DNA of 35,309 bases from Welwitschia mirabilis (Eukaryota), in contig JBOZIK010000001.1 of assembly GCA_051453625.1 (NCBI GenBank), positions 8,177,928 through 8,213,236 on the forward strand, given 5' to 3'. The translations under genes and the position numbers were made by a program. Of this stretch, positions 24,938-35,309 are shown one piece after another (positions within the stretch are counted from its first letter, which is position 1; each line of letters starts with the position of its first letter). The notes under the pieces are model-generated. The model had not been told where the DNA came from and ran no database searches. It saw only the letters and a list, made by a program, of their open reading frames with translations.

Positions 24938-27900
24938 GGGGATTATAGGTACTTAGTTCAAAATGTCTTATTCCCAAGTTTTCTCTTTTTTTAGATTTCT
25001 ATCTTGATTGGGTTGTTAGAAATTTTAGTAAATTCATTTGAAAAATAGAAAGTTTTGACTTGTACATTCTAACTCCATTAATATGCTTGAAGTTTTCTTA
25101 GGAGATGCTTGATATTTTGTTACTTTCATAAATGATTTTTCTAGGAAAACGTGGTTGTACCCTTGACTTTTAAAGTTAGAGTTGGAAACAACTATGACTA
25201 TAAGTTCAAAGAATTGTTAATTGGTAATAGAAGTGAGTAGATCTCCTATGAGTTTGGAGAGTTTTATAGGGAATTAGGCATCATTTAGTATAAAATGGTT
25301 CTTGCAACAACACAAGGAGATGGAGTGATTAAGAGGCAAAACATAACTATCTTAGAAGGGGTACAAATATTAACATAATTAGGCTTACCCAAATGCTTTC
25401 GGGTTGAGATTGCCTTCATTATTGTTATACTTGATGAATAGTTTTCCATATGGTCATTTCGATGGTGGAATTCTAGAGTGTTATTAGACTAGGAGCTCTA
25501 TTTACTATGCATATTTTAGAGCTCTTGGATGTAAGGCTTACGATCATGTGCAAAATGCTTCCAAATTGGCAAAATGTGCAAAAAGGTGTCTTTTTGGGAT
25601 ATGGTGGAGATGACTGTGGCTACATGCTATGAGATTTTGGAGAGTAGGGAACTCATTAGATCATGAGATGTAGTCTTCANNNNNNNNNNNNNNNNNNNNN
25701 NNNNNNNNNNNNNNNNNNNNNNNNNNNNNNNNNNNNNNNNNNNNNNNNNNNNNNNNNNNNNNNNNNNNNNNNNNNNNNNTACATGCTATGAGATTTTGGA
25801 GAGTAGGGAATTCATTAGATCATGAGATGCAGTCTTCAATGTGGATTTCATATTCTCAAAACCACAAAAAGGCACTTACAATCAAGGAGATTGTAATCTT
25901 AGCACCCTACAGTAAGTTTGTAAAAATTCCAAATCTTGAGGAGGAGCCTTCTAGCCATCAGAACTAGCTTTCCTAGAGGGGAGAGGCAAAATAGGAAAGA
26001 TCATAGAAGTTTTTCTTTGATTAAAACTGTTTAATTAGGCACACTATTATGTTTGTAATTACTTTAGATTAGAATATAAAGTAAATCAAGCACAACTCAG
26101 ATAAAGGGAGAAATTCAAAGCAATGTGCACAAAGGTTAATGAAAATAAGCTGCTTGTCTTATTATTAAGTGTTGTAATCATATAGTCTAGTGAGACTTTC
26201 TGGTACCCTTAAGGCAATACAATGAGGTTTTTTGGCAATCCTAAGCCTTGAAATGTACCACAATGGTGTTTTTTATTTCCTATCTTGATGATAGTGATAG
26301 ATGAAGAAAGATAATAAAGTGTGTAAGAAATAGGTTAAGCCTTTATGCTTTCAAAATGGAAAATTCAAATAACGAAGAGGGGATGATATGCAACAATGCT
26401 TATTTTGTATGAAAATCTTGTTTTTGACTATTGAACATCATCATTACAAGTCTCATGGCTAACTGGATGATGGAAAACAGTCATGTAAGATTTCAACAAC
26501 TACAAAAATGGCTATTTTGTGGCTTCAATAACTAGTTTCTGTCTTTGTTTTTTTGTCTCCCGAGGGATGGCTAGTCGACCTCTTAGGTAGTCGACCATTG
26601 ATCTTAGGTGGTTAACCTGCTATGCAACATTTGGATTTTTCTTATTTCCACCAAGGTGATCGGCCCCTTGGAAACTAAGTATTAGTCACTTGATTGTAGT
26701 TGACTTACATCCCAACATTGCAACTTGAATTTAGCCATCTCCCGACTTTGCCTAATTAGGTTTCTTCAATGTTCAAGTTTTCAAAAATCATCAAAGTCCT
26801 ATATAATTATGCACCAAAGTTATTTAACATGATTATAATTTTGTTTGTCATCCATAGACAATGAGGAGGTGTAATACTGATGAATAAAAAGAAGAAGGGA
26901 ATGATGAGAATGTGCCTCCTAAAACTAAAGATGGACAAGATGAATAAGGAGGAGTTATTGAAATCCCTCCTCATTGGGTTAGGCACTCTGTAAGGCAAAC
27001 TAAACATTGATTTAGATAGTCACATCCTTTGCATCAAATTCTATATATTAATGCAAGAGAACCTAAGTCTTTCTTGTAAGCCATTACTTGTTTAGATGTA
27101 GAAAGATCGATCAATGCAATGAATGAAGAAAATGGAGTCTTTGCTGCAAAATTAGACTTGGGAACTAGTCCCATTTGGAAAAATTATTTGAAAAATATGT
27201 GGATACATAGGCATATCTTTTTCATTAAAAAAAAAAAAGAAAAAGCTTGTTTTTGCATGGGGCCACATCACAACTACCTAGTACTCCATCTGCTTCTTGA
27301 CATATCACAGCTAGAGATTGAAGTGGAAAGCCAGATAATACAGTGAGCTTTGCTTGTTGGATACGATGAATAAGGTATGTGGAAGGCTATTAGGTTATAG
27401 ACCTCTCTAAATTAAAGGCAGTTATTGTGAATGGTGTAGTATGGTCATGCCTATCTTGAGCTCCCATTTAGACAGTGAACTATGTAGAAAGGGAGTGGGA
27501 AGGTAGGTAGGGGTTCTATGGGTAGGGACACACATGATGAAAAGAAAATGGATAGAAAAGGTACAAAGGCCACATGGTTGTGAAGCATTTTAATTAAAAG
27601 AGAAGTATTGATGTTAATGAGATTTTGTCTCTTGTTGTTAAGTATACTTTCATTCAAGTTATTTTGGCAATGGTTGCATCCATGAATTTCAAGTTGGAGA
27701 AATTAATTGTTAAAAAGTGCATTTAACATAATGATCTTGATGAAGAGACCTAAATGTTGTAGCATGAAGGTTTTAGAAGCAAGTGAAACCTTGTGTGCAG
27801 ATTGAACATGAGTCTTTATGGTCTAAAATAGGCTTTTAGACAATGGCATAAATGGTTTGACATGTTTATGGTGCAGTGGCAGAGATTTTAGGTTGCTAGT

Positions 27901-28942
27901 TGTGCCTGTTTGCATAGAAATCTTGTAGGATTAATCACTATTTTGTTGCCCTATGTTGATGATATGCTGATTGGAGGAAATAATCCTTGTTAGATAATAA
28001 GTTGGAAGCTAAAATGATGAAGGAATTTGTCACAAAATATCTTAGGAAGGATAAGAAAATTCTTGAAATGGCATTTGAAAGAGATAGGAAGAACAAAAAT
28101 GTTTGGTTGAATCACAATGGTTACATTGGTAAGACATTTGAAAGATATAATAAGTGCAATTATGATACTGTTTCTACATATTTGGGAGGTCATTTCATGT
28201 TTTTAAAGATGGACTTCCTAGATATATGAAGAAGTAGGGTGATCTAAAAGTAATTCCTTAGTTGTGGAAGCTTGATATGAACCATAATCTATATGAGACC
28301 AAAAATTTCCTACGTGGTAGAACGTATCTTGAAATACATGAGTGATTCTAGAAGAGATGATTGGGAAGAGAACATGTGTTTTTATGGTTTGGAGGCTGAT
28401 CTTAGAACCCCATGGAATGTGGAGTCCATTAACATTGTTTTAATAGTTCATGTTAGTGATGTTAGGTGGATGTCATTTTTGTGGACTTTGGTAGGCCTAT
28501 TTACTATAGAGACTAAATATATTGCTTTGATAGAGGTAGCAAAGGAGATGATTTGGATAGGATGCATGCTTGAATAGCTGGGGCTTCTTAAAATATGTTT
28601 TTTGTACATTGTAATAGCTAAAGTACCATTCACATGGCTAAAAATACTACATATCATGTACAAATAAAGTCACATTAATGTGAAGTACCACTTCACTGGG
28701 GACATCTTAAAAGCAAAGCTGCTGCAAGTCAATAAAGTTGGCACCAAGAATAACTTGGATGATTCCTTAACTAAGGTAGTAGATGGATCAAATCATGATT
28801 CTTGCATGTTTCACATTTGACTTGAAAAGAAACATAGGCTAGGTAACCTTGAAAATAGTGCATCTCTTAGAGCCAAAAGCTAGAGTTTGTTTTGGAGTAT
28901 CATTTATTTATTTATTTTTCTATCTTTCCTCAAGGGTTAGAT

Positions 28943-29352
28943 TGTTATATTGTGAAGTCAAATTTATCCCCTTGGTAATGTTCTATTTTATTGCTAAACC
29001 TTTTATTTAAAAAATTATTATAAAAGTTGATTTTTAAATAGAGCCACCTTAGGGTTTAGTTATGTCTTTAAAGGTTATGTGGGAGTTACTGATACTTGTA
29101 ATTAAAGGGAATGGCTTTGGGTCCCTACATCTAGTTAATCCCTTTGTGATGCTGTGTTGTGAGCTTGAGGAGTGATTCCTATGAGAGAGGTCAAATTGAA
29201 GCCCTTTTTTAATTTAATTGTAAGATTGTCTTTCTAATAAGAATTCTTTACCATTTTCTTGTGAATGTTTCTCAACATTTGAGGATTTTACCATGTAAAT
29301 CTCTCCATGTCTTTTCTATTCACATTTGTCTTTTTGCTATCATTCGTTAACA
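28943..29352 (+). repeat. 3' LTR of copia-C
   Basis: Degenerate PPT (AAGGGTTAGAT) immediately before TG; ends CA followed by the ATTTA TSD. Confidence 0.85.
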
Positions 29353-29689
29353 ATTTATTCCTTTTAATAGAATGATTATTTGTAATGTAGAAAAGGCTTT
29401 TGTCAAATTCATATGGCATTGCAACTTCGTTTGATGATTGAAACATGTCGTTTTACAATGCAAAGAGTTCTTTATTAAGTACATGCATGTTTTTCATGTC
29501 CTTGTATCATCTATACAGTAATTCATGTTGAAGGCTTGTAAGTTACCCTACCACTTGTGAATAAATTTTGATGATACCAAATGGTGTGTGACAAAATTAG
29601 GAGTCAATTTTCCTAACATGTGCAATTTGTGTAGTAATTAATTGCAGTAACATACTCAAGGACTACGTACCACCAATTCATGTTTTGTA

Positions 29690-31650
29690 TCTAATGTAGA
29701 AGCATCCTTAAAAAATAAAAATAAAGAGTATGTTTTACTTAAGGGCATATTTGTTAAGGTTTTAGAATGCTTGTATAAAAAATAAAATCTGTAATGTGTA
29801 ATTTCCATCAGGGAACCTTATGTAATCGCCATGTAGGTGCCTGTGTAGTTAGCATAGAAGAAATCTTGAAAGGAATATGTTATGTTTAGAAAAAGATAGA
29901 GGTGTAAAGAATAATCTATATTTAGACACTATTTTTAGTGATAGGGGTAAGAGGTCAATATTAGAAGGATTTTTTCATGAGAAAAATTCCTTTTGGAGCC
30001 TTATCAATAAGAGCTTATGAGGAGATGAAGGGCATGTTGGAGTTGAGAAGCTCAAAGTGAGAGACGTTAGAGTTGGATCTTAAGAGGAGCTCTTATTGGG
30101 AAATTTAACGAGAGAGCTCCTAGTGCAAGATCATGGCTTACTTGTATTCTCATTTAAAGGCTACCAAGCATTAAAGTAGTAAAGCTTGGATGAGGCTTTT
30201 GGAGGCCACTACTGAGGAGAACTAGTATAAGCTATGCTAGTTTTGAATTTTGTTTGCAAGATTGTGATTTTGTATCCTTAATAGAAAGAGATTACTTCAT
30301 ATCCTAAATTACTCTGTTTCTTGCATATTCTCTTCTATATGTTTTTGCCTCATTGGAAACACAATTCCAAAAGTGTTCTTAGGGTTTTTGTTATGTGAAT
30401 GCTACATCATTTGGTATCAGAACAATATTTCGATTGTGTAGAGTTGTTTATTGTCTTTGATTTCAGTTTAAGGGATGCTGCCAAAGAAGAAAAAATTTCT
30501 TACCTACAAAAGCATCTTGCAAGTCAAGAAGAGGTTGTGGAAAGTATCCTACATTTAATGCAGGAGATGAGAAAGAGGATGTGAATGGGCTATACATCTA
30601 GATGTTTGAAACCAATTCTCGAGGAGAAGTAGAAAGAAGAATACTCTATGGTGGAGGAACCACCAAAAAAGGATGTCAGGTATGAAGTTCAGAGTAAAGA
30701 GGAAAAGAAGGCTCTNNNNNNNNNNNNNNNNNNNNNNNNNNNNNNNNNNNNNNNNNNNNNNNNNNNNNNNNNNNNNNNNNNNNNNNNNNNNNNNNNNNNN
30801 NNNNNNNNNNNNNNNAGGCTCTCTTTATGACAGCCTTAGTGAGCTAGGACAGAAGGACCCAGTAATTGTAATTGCATTTAAAGAAAGCTTGGAAGCAAGA
30901 GATTGTTGAGATTGGATCCAAGGCATAAAGCATCACTTTGAGATGAAAGACATTGTTGAAGAAAAGAAGGTAAAGATTGCTTCAATTTCACTTACGAGGA
31001 GTTGCAGCTACTTGGTGGGAGCATGTTGAGAATGGTCATTAAGAATGAGACCTTTTAGATTTTTATAACTGCATGAAGGAGAGTTTCCAAGCTAAGTTCA
31101 TGCCACTTTGACATAGATAAAGAAAATAAAAAGATGTAGACAATTTGACAAGGAAAAAAGTCTATGACAGAGTACACAGAGGAGTTCCATGTACTTGTCC
31201 TCTAAGCAGGACATTTTAACTTCAGCATAAAATAAGTAACCAAGTATATTACTAGTTTAAGACTTACTATTCAAGATGAAATTTCCATGGTTACTTTTAA
31301 AACAATAGAAGAAGCATACTAATTGGTACTACAAGCAAAAGGCACATTGCAGCCAAAGAAGAGTTTAAATAGAGGAAGATCCAAAGGAAAGGGACCACGA
31401 AAAAAAATGTTATCAACAATAAAAAAAGACAAACTAGGATGGACAAAATAAAGGACAATATGACACTAGGAATAGAGTAGGTACTTATAGATGAATAGGT
31501 ACAGGAGGTAATTTTTTGAGAATTTGCTATAAATGCCATAAACCAGGACATATGTCTTATGAGAGTCAATTAAGCAAGGAGGATACATGAAAATGTTTTC
31601 TCTAGGCATGGTGAGACAAGCAAAGAATCCAAAAAGAAGGAATCGAAAGA
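29690..31650 (+). mobile_element. 5' part of a decayed Ty3/gypsy element, CRM-like (LTR, PBS, gag)
   Basis: LTR ends GCTACATCA (30409); PBS TGGTATCAGA at 30412-30421. Gag remnants: W...HFEMKDIVEEKKVKIASI (30914-30990), KSMTEYTEEFH (~31157-31190), KYITSLRLTIQDE, and knuckle CYKCHKPGHMSYES (~31525-31566). LTR start uncertain (TAATGTAG at 29692 is a candidate). Confidence 0.75.
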
Positions 31651-31699
31651 GACCACTAGTGAGAAATGAGAAAATATGTCAGTTTTTGTTAAATTTTTA

Positions 31700-34600
31700 T
31701 CAAAGTTAACTATCATCTTAGATTGTCATCTAGATAACTAAAGTGAACGACCTTCTTCAAAATATGAAATCTCAGTTGTTGTCGAATGTTGGATTTTTTT
31801 ACAGATTATAGTTTTAGTTTCTTCAGTCTCCTAATCAAAGGAGTCAGNNNNNNNNNNNNNNNNNNNNNNNNNNNNNNNNNNNNNNNNNNNNNNNNNNNNN
31901 NNNNNNNNNNNNNNNNNNNNNNNNNNNNNNNNNNNNNNNNNNNNNNNTTTTTACAGATTATAGTTTTAGTTTCTTCAGTCTCCTAATCAAATGAGTCAGT
32001 ACTTAAATTCTCATAATTGAGTTAATCATAATTGAAACATTTTCAAGTTTTCTACTCAAGTGGATTATCAAATAAGAGAGGCTTATGAAGTATTAATGAT
32101 CTCTCTTCAAGTGGACAATGTTGTTAAATTGAGTTGGCTTAATTTCTCATATTATATTTAGCTCTTCACCTATGTNNNNNNNNNNNNNNNNNNNNNNNNN
32201 NNNNNNNNNNNNNNNNNNNNNNNNNNNNNNNNNNNNNNNNNNNNNNNNNNNNNNNNNNNNNNNNNNNNNNNNNNNAGAGTTAGTTATTAAATTCTCATAA
32301 TTGAGTTGATCATAATTAAAACCTTTTCAAGTTTTCTACTCCAAGTGGATTATCAAATAAGATAGGCTTATGAAGAATTAATGATCTCTCTTCAAGTGGA
32401 CAATGTTGTTAAATGGGGTTGGCTTAATTTCTCATTTTATATTTAGCTCTTCACCTAGGTCTTTTTTAGAGCATTATGAACTCTAATTGTAAACTTTAAC
32501 ATTCTATCATTCTAGTTCTTATATCAATAATACAATGTGTTATTGCACAAACTACTCTACCTCAAAGTAGTGGATAACCTCCATTATGCTCAACTTCACT
32601 CACAACTACTCTATTGAATAGAATGATTCCTCAATTTGAGTCACCAAATCTTTTATTACTCGTGAAGGATTCTTTACTGGTGTATCTGCCAATTTTTAGA
32701 CAATTCATATAGACTCAATTCTACTTTCCAAATCAAGTCAATGATAAATGTGTAAAGGCATAATGTTAACACTTGTTCATATATTGATTAAAGCATTTTT
32801 TTTTAATTTNNNNNNNNNNNNNNNNNNNNNNNNNNNNNNNNNNNNNNNNNNNNNNNNNNNNNNNNNNNNNNNNNNNNNNNNNNNNNNNNNNNNNNNNNNN
32901 NNNNNNNNNNNNNNNNNNNNNNNNNNNNNNNNNNNNNNNNNNNNNNNNNNNNNNNNNNNNNNNNNNNNNNNNNNNNNNNNNNNNNNNNNNNNNNNNNNNN
33001 NNNNNNNNNNNNNNNNNNNNNNNNNNNNNNNNNNNNNNNNNNNNNNNNNNNNNNNNNNNNNNNNNNNNNNNNNNNNNNNNNNNNNNNNNNNNNNNNNNNN
33101 NNNNNNNNTATGAACTTTAATTGTAAACTTTAACATTCTATCATTCTAGTTCTTATATCAATAATACAATGTGTTATTGCACAAACTGCTCTACCTAAAA
33201 GTAGTGGATAACCTCCATTATGCTCAACTTCAATCACAACTACTCTATTGAATAGAATAATTCCTCAATTTGAGTCACCAAATCTTTTATTACTCCTGAA
33301 GGCTTCTTTACTAGTGTATCTTCCAATTTTAAGACAATTCATATAGACTCAATTCTACTTGTTCATATATTGATTAAAGCATTTTTTTTTAATTTATTTC
33401 TAATGTAACACTTATTGTTGCTTCCTCTAGATCCTAAAACTTTAGACATTTTTATAAAACTAAGTTGGTTATAGATTGGGCTAGAAAGACTTTGTTAGGT
33501 ATAGTCCATTTTTATTACCTCCTAATTAGATCTTTCCAAAACTTAGAATATTTAGGATTTTCTTGCAAGAGTTTTAAAAATGGTAAATTTATGCTCACAT
33601 TTTACATTAAGACTTTAAGATGATCATCAAAGGTAGGATTGGTATGTAATCTATCAAGCCAATGAGTAGTAGATTTCTTACCTTTATCTTGAGAAGAATT
33701 TTTTTATTAAGCTTATTACTTAAAGGAGAAGTATGATTTTCTAAGATNNNNNNNNNNNNNNNNNNNNNNNNNNNNNNNNNNNNNNNNNNNNNNNNNNNNN
33801 NNNNNNNNNNNNNNNNNNNNNNNNNNNNNNNNNNNNNNNNNNNNNNNNNNNNNNNNNNNNNNNNNNNNNNNNNNNNNNNNNNNNNNNNNNNNNNNNNNNN
33901 NNNNNNNNNNNNNNNNNNNNNNNNNNNNNNNNNNNNNNNNNNNNNNNNNNNNNNNNNNNNNNNNNNNNNNNNNNNNNNNNNNNNNNNNNNNNNNNNNNNN
34001 NNNNNNNNNNNNNNNNNNNNNNNNNNNNNNNNNNNNNNNNNNNNNNNNNNNNNNNNNNNNNNNNNNNNNNNNNNNNNNNNNNNNNNNNNNNNNNNNNNNN
34101 NNNNNNNNNNNNNNNNNNNNNNNNNNNNNNNNNNNNNNNNNNNNNNNNNNNNNNNNNNNNNNNNNNNNNNNNNNNNNNNNNNNNNNNNNNNNNNNNNNNN
34201 NNNNNNNNNNNNNNNNNNNNNNNNNNNNNNNNNNNNNNNNNNNNNNNNNNNNNNNNNNNNNNNNNNNNNNNNNNNNNNNNNNNNNNNNNNNNNNNNNNNN
34301 NNNNNNNNNNNNNNNNNNNNNNNNNNNNNNNNNNNNNNNNNNNNNNNNNNNNNNNNNNNNNNNNNNNNNNNNNNNNNNNNNNNNNNNNNNNNNNNNNNNN
34401 NNNNNNNNNNNNNNNNNNNNNNNNNNNNNNNNNNNNNNNNNNNNNNNNNNNNNNNNNNNNNNNNNNNNNNNNNNNNNNNNNNNNNNNNNNNNNNNNNNNN
34501 NNNNNNNNNNNNNNNNNNNNNNNNNNNNNNNNNNNNNNNNNNNNNNNNNNNNNNNNNNNNNNNNNNNNNNNNNNNNNNNNNNNNNNNNNNNNNNNNNNNN

Positions 34601-35309
34601 NNNNNNNNNNNNNNNNNNNNNNNNNAAATGGTTGAAAAATTTTGGATGGTTTGCTTGAAAGTTCTTAAATTTGTTCTCAAAGGATTGAAAATTAGATTAT
34701 CTATTTATCCTAAATTGAAATTGATTTTGGTTTTGGTTTTGATTTTGGTTCTCATTTCTAAAGTTTGAAGACTTTTTATTGAATGCACAAACCTCCTCAT
34801 AAATTTTTGCTTTATAAGTAGGTAATAAAGGATATTCTTTAGTCACATAATAGTTATATTTATACAAATCACAAGTTGGAACCACAATCGTTTTAGTTTC
34901 CAGTTTTACATCAAAAATCATTTGAATGTGTTTTTCTAATGTTGTTGTGAAATCCTTAATAACATTTGTTTGTTATTTTTTATTTTAACTTCCTCCTTTT
35001 TTTGTTTTAATTATTTAAGATCCTTCATGATTTGACCTATAGTGAGATTTTCTTTAGATGTTGGCTTAGGCAATGTTTGAATTACTTCTAATAGTTTTTT
35101 AAATAATCTTCATGCATTTTCTAATGTTAAATTCATCAAATTTCGACCACATGAAAAATCTACAAGTTGTTTGGTTTGGCTATTAAGTCTACTATAGAAA
35201 CAATCTACTAATTCTTCTTGAGTAAATGCATCTATAGGATTAAAATGTATTGCAATGAAAAAATGATTAATAAGTGAAGGAATAATCTTCATTAGGTTGA
35301 TATTGGAAA
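31700..35309 (-). mobile_element. Decayed Ty3/gypsy gag-protease region, Athila/Tat-like, runs off the window
   Basis: Minus strand: FYSRLNSQTKQLVDFSCGRNLMNLTLENA (35110-35292 ORF; retrotransposon gag FY.GL...VD...GG.LM type), INLPFLKLLQENPKYSKFWKDL (~33590-33525) and KLADTPVKNPSRVIKD (~32695-32648, protease-adjacent LAD..P..IED). Broken by gaps; left boundary approximate. Confidence 0.7.
34719..34755. repeat. Hexanucleotide repeat (TTTTGR)n, reading NQNQNQNQNQ on the minus strand
   Basis: ...TTGATTTTGGTTTTGGTTTTGATTTTGGTTC..., located in the low-complexity gag linker. Confidence 0.75.

Larger units (their letters stand above)
18559..29352 (+). mobile_element. Decayed Ty1/copia element (copia-C) with nested insertions and gag/protease apparently deleted
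   Basis: 5' LTR starts TGTTATATTATGATGCCAATTT (18559). 3' LTR starts TGTTATATTGTGAAGTCAAATTT (28943) and ends TTAACA (29352). Perfect TSD ATTTA at 18554-18558 and 29353-29357. Integrase remnants 25170-25850, AMNEEMESL..TWELV (~27115-27170), RT YVDDML (~27952-27969), RNase H TIETKYIAL..KEMIW (~28500-28560). Confidence 0.85.

Noticed and set aside
32748..34680. Long ORFs 32748-33113, 32777-33136 and 33607-34680
   Set aside because: Artefacts of translating N-gaps.
1..35309. CRISPR array, tRNA/rRNA genes or a prokaryote-type defence system
   Set aside because: No repeat-spacer array or structured RNA gene was seen. The tRNA-complementary 10-12-mers are retrotransposon PBSs, and the DNA is eukaryotic with spliceosomal introns.

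Overview
Plant nuclear genomic DNA from a draft assembly with 8 N-gaps. It is AT-rich and dominated by old, decayed retroelements. The one host gene is the 3' half of a + strand Msp1/ATAD1-type AAA+ ATPase, with three exons (689-847, 16329-16627, 16732-16953) that splice in frame. Its 15.5-kb intron (848-16328) contains a full-length + strand Ty1/copia element (3549-8633). That element is nested in the RNase H domain of a related - strand copia (about 3468-12796); removing it in silico restores the RNase H 'CD' motif. Downstream of the gene is a third related copia (18559-29352) with a perfect ATTTA target-site duplication, an antisense L1-like LINE inserted near the end of its 5' LTR, and further internal insertions. 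After it come the 5' part of a CRM-like gypsy (+) and an Athila/Tat-like gag-protease remnant (-). I found no convincing novel biological system. The most notable signals are the reconstructable nested-insertion history, the giant TE-filled intron, and a few unassigned segments. All alignments were done by eye and no searches were run.
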